A DNA stretch of 64,000 nt, taken from Gracilinanus agilis (lineage: Eukaryota). Positions 1 through 13,719 of this stretch are shown one piece after another. Location: contig NC_058135.1 in assembly GCF_016433145.1 (NCBI RefSeq), positions 275,260,214-275,324,213 on the forward strand. Reading direction: 5' to 3'. A program made the position numbers and the translations under genes. The notes under the pieces are model-generated. The model was given only the letters and a program-made list of their open reading frames with translations, was not told the DNA's origin and did no database searches. Position 1 is the stretch's first letter. Every line of letters starts with the position of its first letter.

Positions 1-36
1 TTGTTAGATTGTGTGTGAGGGGAGGAAGGGAGAGTG

Positions 37-95
37 GTGTGTGTGTGTGTATGTGTGTGTGTGTGTGTGTGTGATTCTGTGTGTGTGCGTGTAGG
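37..95. repeat. (GT)n microsatellite
   Basis: Imperfect GT dinucleotide run read directly. Confidence 0.9.
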
Positions 96-1199
96 TGTAT
101 GCCTGCTTATGTGACATAGAGAGGAAAGTGATCATAATGATATGAAAACATCCTACATAGATCAACAATGTCTAGTAGCCTGTGATTAACCCTAATGTTA
201 TGTATTTGCAGATAAATAGGTAGAATATAAATTATTATAATTGAGAAAGTCTAGAACTTAGCTCTCTGTTGGAGAACTAAAATTTTAGAGTAAGTGATAT
301 CTTCTTTTAGTGGTTTTCCATACCACCCAACATGTATGTATAGGATTTTCTTTATATAACTTCCATGTCTACTTATGTGTACATGAGTTATTTTCTCTAA
401 TAAAATGTAAATTTCTTAAGTACCACACTATTTCTTTATTGCCATTAAATGGAAAATCTACTGTAATTTCTTCATACAGAGAAAATTCTTAACAAATATT
501 TATTGAATTTAATTGGATTGGATAAAAGCTTATCTGACAAAGTTTAGAACAATTCCAAAAAGAGGGGGATGGATGACTTTTGGAAGGAAAAAAATGAAAC
601 CTTCTATGTGTTCCTAAATAGAGAGCAAAATAGAGCTGGACAATTTTAAAGTACAATCACAGTGAATAAAATAAATTAGTAAAAGGTAAATAACTGAATT
701 TTTAAAAGGCTATGGAATAGTCTGGGTTCCACATGCCAAAAGAGGGGAAGGAAAATATTCTCTGTTCTCATTCCTACCATCTATGACTCAATAAAATAAG
801 AAAAGAGATAATTTTGTTGGCTTAAGAGTTTAAGAAACAAATATTCTAGACCTTGATTTCTTATTTCAAAGTTTTTTACTTCAAATAATAACTAATTAAA
901 AAATAAAAGTTATTATAACAGATGGTCCTAATCACAGATTTACAGCATTGACAGGGATAAAGAATTTTTTTTAGGTTAGTCATCCAACTCAACTCCAAAT
1001 TCATCTAATTGTGCTATTTTCTGGTTATGTCTCTTCATCTTTTCCCACAAAAGCAATATATACATTTTTGCAAATGGTTCCTGAATTCTGAGTAAATTAT
1101 ATTTATATCATTTCTTTGACCTGTTTAATCATTCCACCCAAAAAAGAGATGGAAGAAAGGATTATGTTACAATAACTTGATATTGAAAATCTCCTGGCT

Positions 1200-1605
1200 A
1201 TTAAAAAAATTACCCTCTGTCTTCAAATTGATAGTAAGTATCAGTTCCAAGGCTAAAAAGCCAATACTTTAGGTCAGTGATGGGCAAACTTTTTAAAGAG
1301 GGGGCCAAAGGAAAGGAAATGCTCATCTGTCAGTCTGTTTCTACGGTAACTCTTTCAAAGTTTCATTGTATTGTATCCTACTTTTTGTATTCGTTAGATC
1401 AGGAATAATTTCTACAAGCCAGATAGAACATTTCAGAGGGCCCGCATCTGGCCTGAAGACCATACTTTGCCCATTACTGCTTTAGGTAATTGAAGTTAAA
1501 TGACTTGCCCAAGATCACATAGCTAGGAAGTGTCTGAGGCCAAGTTTGAAATCAGAACCTCTCATCTCCAAGCCTGAATCTCTATTCCCTGAGCCACCAG
1601 CCCTT
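1200..1605 (-). mobile_element. tRNA-derived SINE (SINE1_Mdo-like), split by a hAT MITE
   Basis: Reverse complement of the SINE body seen elsewhere in the window (TGACTTGCCCAAGATCACATAGCTAGGAAGTGTCTGAGGCC...); the tail lies at about 1200-1270. Confidence 0.7.
1275..1479. mobile_element. hAT (Charlie-type) non-autonomous DNA transposon / MITE, 205 bp
   Basis: TIRs CAGTGATGGGCAAACT and ACTTTGCCCATTACTG; perfect 8-bp TSD CTTTAGGT at 1267-1274 and 1480-1487. Confidence 0.92.
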
Positions 1606-2053
1606 CTGTGGGTTATATTTTATCAGTGTTAACTTTTCCAGATATTCACAAACCATCTATTAAAATCAGTCTAGCATTTTGACAGGAATTGAAGTCAAAG
1701 GTACTTGGGTAAAATGTTCAAACTGAATTATGTTATTTTTCATGATTTTGAATTGCTTCATTATTTTCCTTTCTCTAGAACAATGGTACTTCTATTCTTG
1801 AAACTTTTTCATGTATATTTGACTATCTCAGAAATCATAACTATAAATTCTTTTTAGTATTTAAAGATAATTTAATCAAGCAAAGTGACTAATTTTTGAG
1901 ATACCTAAGTACCCACTTATTTTCTGTTCATCATCCTTAAAGAATAACTCCATATTCACCACTGTTGTTCTGCCTTTTATAGTCAAAAAAAGTCATTCTT
2001 CCTGGTTAAGAAACTATTAGCAAAGAAGAAACAAAAATCTTTCCCTTTAATTT

Positions 2054-2344
2054 GTGATCCACCACTATCATATCAAAACTCCCATCTTCACTGTTAGATA
2101 GAGTACAAAATCCCCAGATTTGATGTTGTCTGAGGGGACAACTTTTCTGCCCATGCTGTCCTCCCAAGGAACAGCTCCCCATCTGGCTATTCCATCTTTC
2201 TATCCTCCTGGCCATATTCAGCATTACTTTCTAAATTAATAAATTTCTCTTTTTTTATTTTTAAGCTAAGTTTTAGAATCTTGTATTCTTGCAAAAGGTA
2301 CCCTTCTCAAAACCTCAGGGGTTCACCCCTAGAACCCCACAACA
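2054..2344 (+). mobile_element. possible solo LTR
   Basis: TG start, AATAAA near 2238, ends ...CCCCACAACA; no TSD resolved and boundaries uncertain. Confidence 0.35.
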
Positions 2345-2594
2345 AAATCAACATATAGTTTTAAGATAGAGGTAAAGATTTTGACGTGACTAATTAATGT
2401 AGGTAAACACTTTTCAAGATACATAATCACAGTTCTTTCTACTTCCTAAAAGTTACAATGTGCCAATCCTCCCACCATATGCTCTTTGCAAGGATTCAAG
2501 TTCATAGGCTCAGAAAAGTGAGATAGGCTGTGTTCTGGATAGAATTCTTGAATTGGATTGAAGAAAACTTAAATGAAGATCCTGCCTTAAAATT

Positions 2595-2750
2595 TCTGTA
2601 AGTGTGACAGTTGAGAAGTTACTTATATTTCAGTTTATTCATCTGTAAAGTAGGTTTTATAATAATAGTATCTTCTATATATGATTTTTGTGATGATCAA
2701 AAATATGTCAAAGCACTTTGTAAAACTTAAAGCACTATAAAAATGTTAGG
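2595..2750 (+). mobile_element. MIR/CORE-SINE remnant
   Basis: Degenerate CORE (TTCATCTGTAAA...ATAATAGTA) and tail (AAAGCACTTTGTAAAACTTAAAGCACTATAAAAATGTTAG). Confidence 0.55.
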
Positions 2751-3271
2751 TCAAAGGAATCTTAGAAATCTAGTAACATTCTCCTTATTTTACATAAGAC
2801 AAAATTGAGTCTCAAAGGAATTATATTGCCTAACCAAAACTATTACTACTCTGACTTACAATCCAGTCATCTGACCACATAAGGAACTCAAGTCCTCTCT
2901 TGATGACTGTGGAAAGATTCAAGCTGCTATTTTCTTCCACAGAGACATGGTACAGCAAAGAGAAAAAATAATCAGAAGTAGTCTTTGGTTTTGTTCCAAA
3001 AGATTGAAGAGAATTACTTTATTGTTTTTAATTAATTATTCTTAATTCTAAATTATTTCCCAAATACTTTCCATTTTCCAAAGCTCTTTCTTCACAATGT
3101 TTTCAGATGTTAGTTGACTGCTTATACCCAATTTATATGTAGAAATTCAGTTTTCCAAAAGAATTCAAATGAATTGCCAATATTCACTCAGCTAGGAAGT
3201 GGCTGAGCTAAGACTGGAACCAAGATCATCCAAGAAAAAGCCCAAGGGTATTTGCACTATAGCAAGTGGCC

Positions 3272-3332
3272 TCATTAATATATTTTTAGTGCCTCGGACT
3301 TTGAGTCAGAAGACATCAATTCTCATTAAAAA
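3272..3332 (+). promoter_or_regulatory. candidate OR promoter module (two TCATTA homeodomain sites 51 nt apart)
   Basis: Aligns without gaps to 15731-15791; each copy lies about 4.2-4.5 kb upstream of an OR10AG-like gene. Confidence 0.3.
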
Positions 3333-5649
3333 GTGAAAAATTAACTGAGTGTAGGTGAGAAGCTATCCCCACAGAGAAGAGTTGGACAGAAATGCTCTTC
3401 TTAAAGAGCTCTAGTTTAGGATTTTTTAGTGTTTTAGAAAGAGCTTAGTCATTGTTTTTGTTGCATTATTTAAAGAAGGAAAGATATTAGTATAATTATT
3501 AATTACATTATATATGCTTGCTTGTAATATAATATAATTATAATGAAACAATATAATTGATATATGTATATATATATATCAATATCTATCTAAATATCAA
3601 CAAGGAGGTAGCTGAATATGATTTCATCCCATCTGAGAAAGGTAACAATTTTGTTTTCATGACTTTATCTTTTGTTGAAGGGCTCATAAGACTAGATGAG
3701 AGCAAGATCCCATAATCTTTCTAAATATTAAATTCCTACTGAGGGAACAAGTGAATAAAAAATTTACAGAATTATGTATTACTCTGAATAATTTTAAGAA
3801 TATATTTGTTCAAAAGTTGAACTGATATTAAAATAAAAAATTTCCTTGAAGGAAAATAGAGTTTTATGATTTAACCACTATTAGACTACATAAGAACATG
3901 GCTTGGAAAGCTCTTTTAAAGACTTATAATGTAAAGGATTGTGATGCTAATAGTCATGTTAAGGAAAATTCAAGGTTTTCAATCATGTCAAAAAACAATA
4001 TATAAATAATGCAAAAAAGAATTTAGACAAGAATCAATAAAATTATCACCATAATATTTTGTGTATTATGTTTTCATTTAGTTAGTCAATTAGTCAATAA
4101 GCAATATTAAGATTTTAGTATGTGATATTCATAAACTGAAGTTCTGAAGAAATAGAGAGATGACAGACATAAATAATATATAGATCACACATATAGATAA
4201 CATAAAGATAAATTATAGTAACTATATCATTATATTTGATTCCCTTTCTAATCCTATATATTTTATTTTATATTTTAAAAACATTATTCTAAGAATGGGT
4301 CCAAATGCTTCCCCAGACTGCCAAAGGATTATATGACAGGTAAAGCTATTTGAGAACTTTTGCTCTATAAGAAGTAAGTAAAATATTGCATTTTTATTGG
4401 ATATTTTAGATGAGGTGCTGTGGTCTCCTTCCCTTAGCCTGAAAAGCTGTGACTACTATTTGCACTGGTAGAGAAATTCCCTGACCAAGAGTTCCCTGGA
4501 AAGGATTCCATGAAACCCCTACCCATCACTATAGAAAATATCACCCCAAGAGTTCTGATAGTTGTTTCCTAATGATTTAAAGAAGGAATTGTTCTATTCC
4601 ATAAGACACATTAATTAGAGGTATTTTAAGTTTCATAGTTAGTGTTAGTAAACTCTCGGTTCAAAAAACACAAACTGCCAACTTTTTGGAGTTGAGGAGA
4701 TAGATTTTGGCCCTTATGATTGCAGCAAAAACAAACAAACAAACAAAACAAAACAAAACTTGAGAGTTACTTTGCCTTTAATTAAGTTTTAAAAATAGTG
4801 TTGTAAATCATTATTCTTGGAAGGGAACATGGCAATTATAAAGTATAATATTCTCATTATAAAGGTAGGAAAGCTGAAACTCATACTTCAGACAAGGTAG
4901 ATGGATCATTTAAGTAAATAAGAGCTGTATTGCATGTTGCTATTTGATGAAAGGTAAATTTGGTGTAATTTGGATAGAATGAAAATTACATACCACTAGT
5001 GGATGTAGGAGATAAAAGGCCTTAAGTCTATGTCATAGGAAAATCAACTGAAGCACTGCAGATATTGAGTCTGATAATAAATGGCATTGTTCCTAGCTTT
5101 TAATTTTAATCATTTAATGTCTTCTTGTCACTCAGAGGATCTGGAATGACCAGTTTAAAGCTGTAAGGAAATTTAGATGTCATTTGACTGATAGATGAAG
5201 AAAATAAGGCACAGGGAAATTAAAATGACTTAAGGGGACACATAGTAAATAGTATAAATAAAATTAAAACACTAATCCTTAAATTTTAAATAAAACTTTT
5301 TTATTTGTGTTTAATGTTTTGGTTGTACTTTACTGCCTCCTTGACTTCCTAGGACTATCAAAAAAATAATCATCTCAGGCCTGCTTTTTTTTCCACAGTG
5401 ATTAAACTCATGTCTTCTCTGTTGACTTTATTCCCTGTCAGCATTTACTCCCTTATATACCTATTATTTCACTGAGCCACTTGCAGCCAGCTCTCACAGT
5501 GGGAAATCATATGTAATAATTGATTTTCAGATGCTTTTGAAAATAGCCTAATTCATTACCATCTCCAAAGGGTATTAAAATTGCATGACATTCACCTCTA
5601 ATGAATAACTAATTCCAGAATTATAAACCTTGTTCAGTCAAGAAGAAAA

Positions 5650-5840
5650 TTTTTATGCCCTTACCTCATGTCTTAGAATCAAAACTAAGTATTGATTCCA
5701 AGGTAGAAGAGAGGTAAGGGCTAGACAATGGGAGTCTAGTGACTTTCCCGGCATCCAGGAAATGTATGAGGCCAGATCTGAATCCAGGACCTCCCATTTC
5801 CAGGATTCATTTTCTATCCACCAAAGTACTTATCTGTCCC
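5650..5840 (-). mobile_element. tRNA-derived SINE (SINE1_Mdo-like)
   Basis: AGTATTGATTCCAAGGTAGAAGAGAGGTAAGGGCTAG...GAATCCAGGACCTCCC is the reverse complement of the SINE. Confidence 0.7.
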
Positions 5841-7479
5841 CATAATTAAGGAGATATTTTGACATAAAATTTCTTCCTAGTGTCTTTAAAAACTTGGCAT
5901 GAAGATAGCCTACTATTACTAGTATTAATACTGCTACTACTACTACTACCACTAGTTAAAAATAAATTTGTCTACATTTGTCTTCAAGAAATTTTATTTT
6001 AGTAGTAGAAGCATATAAGATAAGGCAAAAGATAATAAATGATATGGGATGGCATATGACTTTTGTCTTGAAAGATGAGAAGATTTCTTATGAATGGAGA
6101 AGTTTAACAATATCACAAGAAAAACCAGAATCAAAACATTTGGAAAGACAGTATTATTCATGGAATTGCATTTCAGGCATCCGTGTTTAAAATCATTACA
6201 AAGTCTGACTATAGATAGATAGACAGATGCTGCCAACTGACAAAATTTCATTCCCAAAGAAGTTGAATTGAGCTTTAGAAAAGAGAACTGAATGTTGAAT
6301 CAAAAGATTAAAGTTAATTTGACCTGTCTTTACCTGAATTTACTAAATTTATATGTCTTTTAGATAATTGAGTGAACATTTTCTCAAATATCACTTTCTA
6401 CTTCTAAATCATCTGAAAACATGATCATAATATTAGCTATCAAGAAAATGAGTTTAATAAGTTTTAATAAAAAATGTAACAGGTGAAGGTTTGGATACTG
6501 CAGATATAAAACAAAAATGTGAATCAGTTTTTACTATCTAGGAGTAGAGTCACCATGCAATATGTAAACACTAGTGAAATACAAATATAGATATATACAA
6601 AACACATTAAACAGATGTAAGAGAACCTCAGGCTTAAAGGAACTATAACTTGGTTAGGATTGAGGAGATCAATAAAATGACTCTTGATGAGAGTTAAGAG
6701 AAATTAGAGCTTTTAAGAGTTGAAGTCAAAGAAACAGAACATTCAAAAGATAAGATACAGTCCATATAATTAGTTTAGAGATATAATAACATATGTTTGG
6801 AACATCAGTATTCAAAAATAGCTAAATGACAGATTTTATAAAGAAAAGTAATTTCTAAGAAGGTTAGAAAATTAGGTTAAATCCTGGTAGTGAAAAATGT
6901 TACAGGCCAAAAAGGAGATTTCATATTTGGAACTAGACATAATAGGAAGCTACTGAATATTATTGATGAGGGTGGGAAGATAACCAAACATCATCTTTAG
7001 AAAAATTATCTTGGTAACAATTTGCTATTTGAATAATAATAATATTTTATATAGTAATAATATATTTATGTATAATAAAATATATACTAAATAATAATAA
7101 ACTTATATAAAATAAAATAATTATTATGCATTAATTAGATATGATTGCATTTTAATAGCAGAAAAATATGGCTCCACATTTCAATATCCATGCTCTAGAA
7201 ACATAGAAGACTTTAACAATATGATATTTTAGAACACAAATGATGAACAGTAAGACCTGGATGCCACATCTTAGATGAAAGTAGACAATGATGATTTTTA
7301 TTGAACTTAAGAGTAGACATTTAAGTGAATGAGTGTTGGAATAATGAACAAAAATATACAATGTCCAGTCAGAAGGGAAATTCAGAAATAATTTAAAATA
7401 AACCTTGCATTTTACAGATAAGAAACCTGTGGCCTAGTGAGGGGGAAATGACTTGTCCATCTTGAACTAATTTCCACCA

Positions 7480-8436
7480 ATGGAATACTCAGGGGGTGAA
7501 ATGGTAAGAGGAAATAATTCTTTTGCAGTAGAATTCATCCTCTTGGGATTCTCTGACCTTCCCCACTTCCATTATATTCTGTTTGGCATTTTCTTAGTTA
7601 TCTACATGAGTATCCTTTTGGGAAATGGCTTAATCATTTTAATAGCCATGGTTGATCCAACTCTCCAAACCCCCATGTATTTCTTCCTTGGAAATTTTTC
7701 CTTCTTAGAAATCTGTTATACTTCAGTAACCATTCCCAGAATGCTGACAGACCTTTGGACCAAGAAGCAAAGTATTTCTCTATTAGCTTGTGCTGTGCAA
7801 CTTGGCTTTCTGCTTATGCTAGGAGCAACTGAGTGCTTCCTCCTGACTGTGATGGCTTATGACCGTTATATGGCTATTTGTAAGCCTCTGAACTATCCTC
7901 TCATCATGAACCATAAAATGTGTGTCCAGCTAGTTTCTGGCTCCTGGACCATTGGGATTCCAGTACAGCTAGGTCTGACATACCAGATTTTCTCTCTCCC
8001 ATTCTGTGGCTCTAAAACACTCAATCACATTTTCTGTGATATACGCCCAGTACTGAAAGTGGCCTGTGGTGATACTTCTGTAAAAGAATTCTCTCTTTAT
8101 GCAATTGTTGTTTTGTTTGGTTTGATTCCATTTCTGTTAATACTCTGGTCTTACATCAAAATCATAGGGACTATTCTGAAGCTGCCATCAGCCATGGGAA
8201 GATCCAAAGCCTTCTCCACATGTTCCTCACATATCATAGTCGTTGGTTTATTCTTTTTGTCTGTCATTATTACATATTTACAACCCAAATCTACTCGTTA
8301 TGAAGGAAATGACAAATTTTTCTCTCTTTTTTATACCATAGTAACCCCAATGTTTAACCCCATTATATATACTCTCAGAAATAAGGATGTCCTAGTTGCA
8401 ATGAGAAAATTCTTTCCAATAGCAGAAGGTCGGTAA
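7480..8436 (+). CDS. OR10AG1: class II olfactory receptor, OR10AG1-like (318 aa; 311 aa if started at 7501)
   Basis: Intact ORF with LQTPMYFFL, MAYDRYMAIC, KAFSTCSSH and PMFNPIIYTLRN, plus an N-terminal NNS sequon. Closely resembles human OR10AG1 as recalled; symbol means -like. Confidence 0.93.
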   Translation: MEYSGGEMVRGNNSFAVEFILLGFSDLPHFHYILFGIFLVIYMSILLGNGLIILIAMVDPTLQTPMYFFLGNFSFLEICYTSVTIPRMLTDLWTKKQSISLLACAVQLGFLLMLGATECFLLTVMAYDRYMAICKPLNYPLIMNHKMCVQLVSGSWTIGIPVQLGLTYQIFSLPFCGSKTLNHIFCDIRPVLKVACGDTSVKEFSLYAIVVLFGLIPFLLILWSYIKIIGTILKLPSAMGRSKAFSTCSSHIIVVGLFFLSVIITYLQPKSTRYEGNDKFFSLFYTIVTPMFNPIIYTLRNKDVLVAMRKFFPIAEGR

Positions 8437-10328
8437 ATAACTGAACTTGTAAAATTTATTTTCTTTTTCAATTGACTAAAAATTTATGTAAAATATTCCC
8501 TGATTTTCTCTTCTATATGCTTCTAAAAACCTGAATATTGCCCATGAAAAACTTAAATTCTGAAATTCTCAAGACACTTCCTTGTATTTTCAATGTCACT
8601 ATGCCAAGACCCCATTTCCCTCTAGATTTTTTTGAAAAGAGTCAACTTAACTCATTTTAATCTCAGAATAAAGGACTTCCTTCCCTACTAAAGAAGGTGA
8701 CAAATTGAGGTAATCATTAGACTTGAATAATTAAACTTGAATATTACTGTCTGTGGACAATGATGTGTCAGAAATACATGGAAAAATAATCAATACATTT
8801 TGGTTAATGGTACTAGAAAAATTTTATATTTTCAGTTTGTATTTATTCTTGTAGGCTGAGAGTTTAAACAATGATTTTAAAAATTGAGATCATTTTTGTC
8901 AAATGGCACTTTTATACCTCCCTCCCCTAACATTTTTGGGCTAACTTTCCCATAGTTTGTACATTCAAATGGCTCATTAAATATTAATTGGTCTCTCCCA
9001 TCTCTTTTCCTGGGATCATTTTGTCTTTACATAAGACTAAATTAACTAAATTTTGTCTTTACATAAGACAATCTGAACATTGTCTTATCTTATAACCTGA
9101 AACCATGAAGATTGCCATTATAGCTTGTTGGTTGTTTGAATAAGAGTGCATGCATTCATGTGTGTGTATGTATGTGTATTTTATGTATGCACATGATACA
9201 TTAGAGGAAAATTTCCCAGAATAGATATAGGACCAGAGTAAGAAATTGCATCTTTCTAATTAATATGGCATCAGTATATATTGCTTGAAGAAAATGACCA
9301 CTAGAAAAGGAATGTATCATGATGCATTGGTATCCATATATATTAGGAAGAGACATTTTAGAAGATTCCCAATACACTGTGCACATCCTTCATAAATGAT
9401 TTATGGAACTATATGGTTTATAGTCACACAAGATACCATGTTTGAATGGGTATTAAGATGGGCAGGGGAAAGACACACTACTGAGATAGTACATAATTAA
9501 AGTAATGAAATTCAGCTAGAGAAAATTTGTATCTTTTACACTTATATGTGAAAATCTGTATAGAAATATGGAATTCCTTCATTTGAGGAGTTTTCAACTC
9601 CAGTAAATCCCACTGCTTAGTCACTGTCTCTGAGAATAGAACGAGAAAAATCTAGAAGATGAGAGTAATTTGGCACTAAATATAACTGAAAATATTTGTG
9701 AGAGAGAATGGAAATAGCACAAGACCTCCCAAAAATGGTAGGGGAATAATGTAAAAGTATTAACAGGGAAAAATGAGTACAAGTACACCTTTTAATAGAA
9801 ATATGAGACCAAAAGTTTTAAACGAAAAATTTTAACACTGCCCCCTTTAATTTTGGGGGGGAAATCTTGAATAAAAGATAGTGAAGAGACATTACTTGCT
9901 CATTTGAAGTTTAGCAATGTCTATCTTGCTTAACACTATTTTACAATATCAGCAGCAGCAGATAATACATCACATACATGTACGTGCTTCTTTATCAACC
10001 ATGTACATAGTTGACTGAATTCATCAATGGTAAGTAATCTTTAAAAAGTTCTGTTCATGTTTTAGATATCAACATATTTCCTCTCAATATTTCTTGCCAA
10101 AGAAAACTGAAGCAAAATAATTGTTGATTTTTCATTTATTACTAAAATTCCAGGCACAACGAAAAATATTTTTCTTTTAAATAATATAAGTAAAAATTAA
10201 AATCAAATGAAATCAACTGTTATTGCTTTTTCCCAAAATATAGTAATACTTTATAAAATTAATATACACTAATTTGTTCAGGAATTACCCAGATTTTGTG
10301 TACAGACATATGTAACACTTCTTTCTCA

Positions 10329-10329
<1 letters not shown>

Positions 10330-10379
<50 letters not shown>
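10330..10379. repeat. (CA)n microsatellite
   Basis: Pure CA run of about 24 units. Confidence 0.95.
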
Positions 10380-10381
<2 letters not shown>

Positions 10382-13300
10382 GAATACGAATAAAATACGT
10401 CTGGAGCTTTTATTCTTTTTTTTTTATTTCATGAGAATGTAGATTTAGTAGTATTATGTCTGAATGAAAGGATAATGTTTGGGGCAAGATTCCAAAGCCA
10501 AAAGTCCAAATTATTTAAATCTGTCTTTATTTGTGTAAAAATTGTTAATAATTGTATTCATAAGATTTGAGTCTATGTTTTGTTAGGGAGACTCTCAACT
10601 ACTTTATCCATTTTTTCATTACTATAATATTGCCAATTTTGTGTGCATTTCCTAGTTTTTGCTTTTAGAAATTTAACCTTGTGTAAAACAATATATTTTT
10701 TTTAATTTTTATGATAAAATTTGTCCATTTTGTCTTTTGGGATCCCTTATATTTTTGTTTACTCCTGAATTATTTCCTGGCCATATATCTAAAAAGTATT
10801 TTTTTTACATTCTACCCTACTTTATGATATTGTATTTTGTATATAAATTATATATCCATCTGGAATTTTTCTTATGTTATAATGTAAGAGATTGGTTAAC
10901 TTTTAGTTCATTCCAGAATATTTTCCATTTCTTCTACCATTTTTATTGAACAGTGAGTTATAATGGATTTTTGGATTTTTCAAATATTTTATTCCTACAT
11001 ATTTTTGCTTCTACAGGTCATGTACCTAAACTACTTCTTTGCTTGACCTCTTTGTTTCTGGAACAATACCAAAATATTTTGATGTTGATCTTTTGTAATA
11101 TACTTGATATTAAGTGATTAATAAAATGTTTTCTATTTATATTGTCAGTTATTTTCTTTAAAAAATTTTGCCATTTGTTTCACCATATGATTTTAAAATT
11201 CTATATTCTAATTCTACATAATATTCCTTGTGTAGTTTGGCTAGTAGAGAAATGAGTAAATCCATTAAGGTATAAAGTTTTTCTACTTTTTTTTAATATT
11301 GGTTTTGCCTTCCAATGAACAATTATTTTTCTAATTATTTAGATGTATTTTTATCTGTTTAAGGAGATTTTGTCATTATATTTATATGCTTCCAATCTGC
11401 AAGGTGATAAAAAATTCCAAACTATTTTAATGTTTTCATTGTTATAAGTGAAGTTTCCCTTTCTGTCTCTTCTTTCCAGCATTTGAAATGCAATAACTTA
11501 TGAGGATATACTTTACATCCTCTTTGAAAATGTTTTCATTTCTCTTTATTTCCTCAGGATTGGTTAAGAGTTGATGAACTCAAAATTTTTACATTCTACT
11601 TTGTCATTTCATAGCCTATTCATGATGTGAAAATATTTCTGTACTCTCTATGAGCTTCTCTTTCAAAGTTTCTACTTTATTCAGACTATGGAATGATTAA
11701 TGTCAGATTTCTATAGATACATATAGATAAAGGGATCTTAATCTTTTAAATACTATCATTTAGTTTTTCTTCTATATTCTTTTACACAAGATGCAGGAAG
11801 AACATGATATGAGGTAGAAATGAAAATAACAGATACCTGTGTTTGCCCTAAAGAAAAAAAAATTAAGGAAAGATTGTGGAAGAAGTTTAATGGTTATATT
11901 GTAAAAAAATTCTAGAAAGTTTTAAAATAAAGTTGTTAAGTCAGGACCTAGTATTAATCATCACATCTATGATTAAGAAGTCACTATCCATACTATGAAA
12001 AAACATGAAAGAGGAAGAGAAGCTCATACAGGCACAGATCACAGGTCATTTATTTGTTCCCCTAGCATTCATAAAATCCTCACTATATCACAGGCATGGT
12101 GTTAAGTGCTTGGAATAAAAAAAGTGGGGAGAAAAAAATGACCATATAATTTTAAGAATAAAAAAGATAATAATTTTCTCTAAAGAAGCAAGAAAATAAA
12201 GTAGTAAGTAAATGATAAATATATTAAATAAATATTTGAATACAGAGAAGATCAAGATTTTTGATACATAAGAAAAAAGCAACTTCAGAGTAATTCTAAA
12301 GAGATTCTTAGACAAAGTAATGTTCTATCCTCCCAAAAAATTACATTAATATGTTGGCAAAAAATAAATAAAGAGCTACAAAGCCAAGGTTAAAGGAACT
12401 GGCAGATTGTGAAGAAAATCATTTAAAGAGAAAGACGAATTTAGAATAGATGATGGTATGCCTAGCCAAAGAATTCATCTCCCGGAAAAACAGAACGTTC
12501 TAAACATAAAACAATGACTCAGGGTTTTTAAGATGCAACAAGGAATATTAAAACATTTTTAAAAGATGGAAAACAAGAAAAGTTAATATGTTTACATTAA
12601 TATGTTTACATAATGGAGTTTTTTAAAAAATCAAACAATCCACTTGTCTTAAACTAAGGGATTCAATTCTCAAATAATCAGAGCGGTTATACATCTTAAA
12701 GTAAATATCACATATTTTTCCCATTTAAGTAGGATAAATAAAATAACAAAAACTTATTCCCGATAAATAGTATTCTACAAGAGTTTACAGATTCCAATAG
12801 ACTATGCAATGCTATTGATATAATGTTCAGTAAAGAAAATTAATTTGAACATATATCAAGAAGAAAGGGGGAAATACATAACAATTTTACTCTGCCTTTT
12901 TTTCTTTTGATATAAAATTGTCTACAAAACTGACCACTTTTACTTATAGACAGAAATGGTTAACACAGCACTGTATCAGGACTCAGTTATTAAACATTGG
13001 TATGTACATTTTACTTGAATTAAGTCATCAGATTATATTTAAGAAAGATTATTATATTAGAATATACACAGAAATAGTTGGCACACTAAATGAAACATTG
13101 TTAGAACAAAGAAAGGTCCTTTCTAATTAATATTTTGGAGCAATTGTTCCTCTCAAACTAATATATACATTAGTTCTTTAGCAGAAAATAGTTGAAAAGA
13201 ATGCAAATCATAATCTTTTTTTATGAAGGAAATAAGGAAATTAGAAGCATTAAGGGGATAGATAATATTGGAAGTGGAGGAATCTCTCTGAAACTTGTGC

Positions 13301-13719
13301 TTAATAAGTTGAGATGTCTAAAGAAGAGGTTTCAAAATATCCTAGATGTCCCTTTCCTTTCTTAGTCTTACTAAATCTTTCTTAGTCTTACTAAATTTAC
13401 TTTCTAAATCTTACTAAAAATAAAATGGTGTTCAATTTAGAGAGAGTATATTAAGCCAAATTGTTACAATTAATTTTTTTAAAAAGAATGCATAACATTT
13501 AAAATAAACATATTAAATAATTTATTAATCAATAACAATGCACCAGACATTGTGATAAATAAATTGCTAAAGTGTACTGGATAAAAAATAAAGCTATTAG
13601 TTATTATTTCAAACAATTTTAGGCTAGAAATAGATAATTTAGATTAAATGGTAATTATTCATGTAAAGTATAGGACAAGTAATATGGAAGACCTTTTAGT
13701 ATCATTTTTTTTTATCTTC

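Noticed and set aside
9019-9069. 19-bp direct repeat TTTTGTCTTTACATAAGAC
   Set aside because: Two units only; a simple local duplication, not an array.
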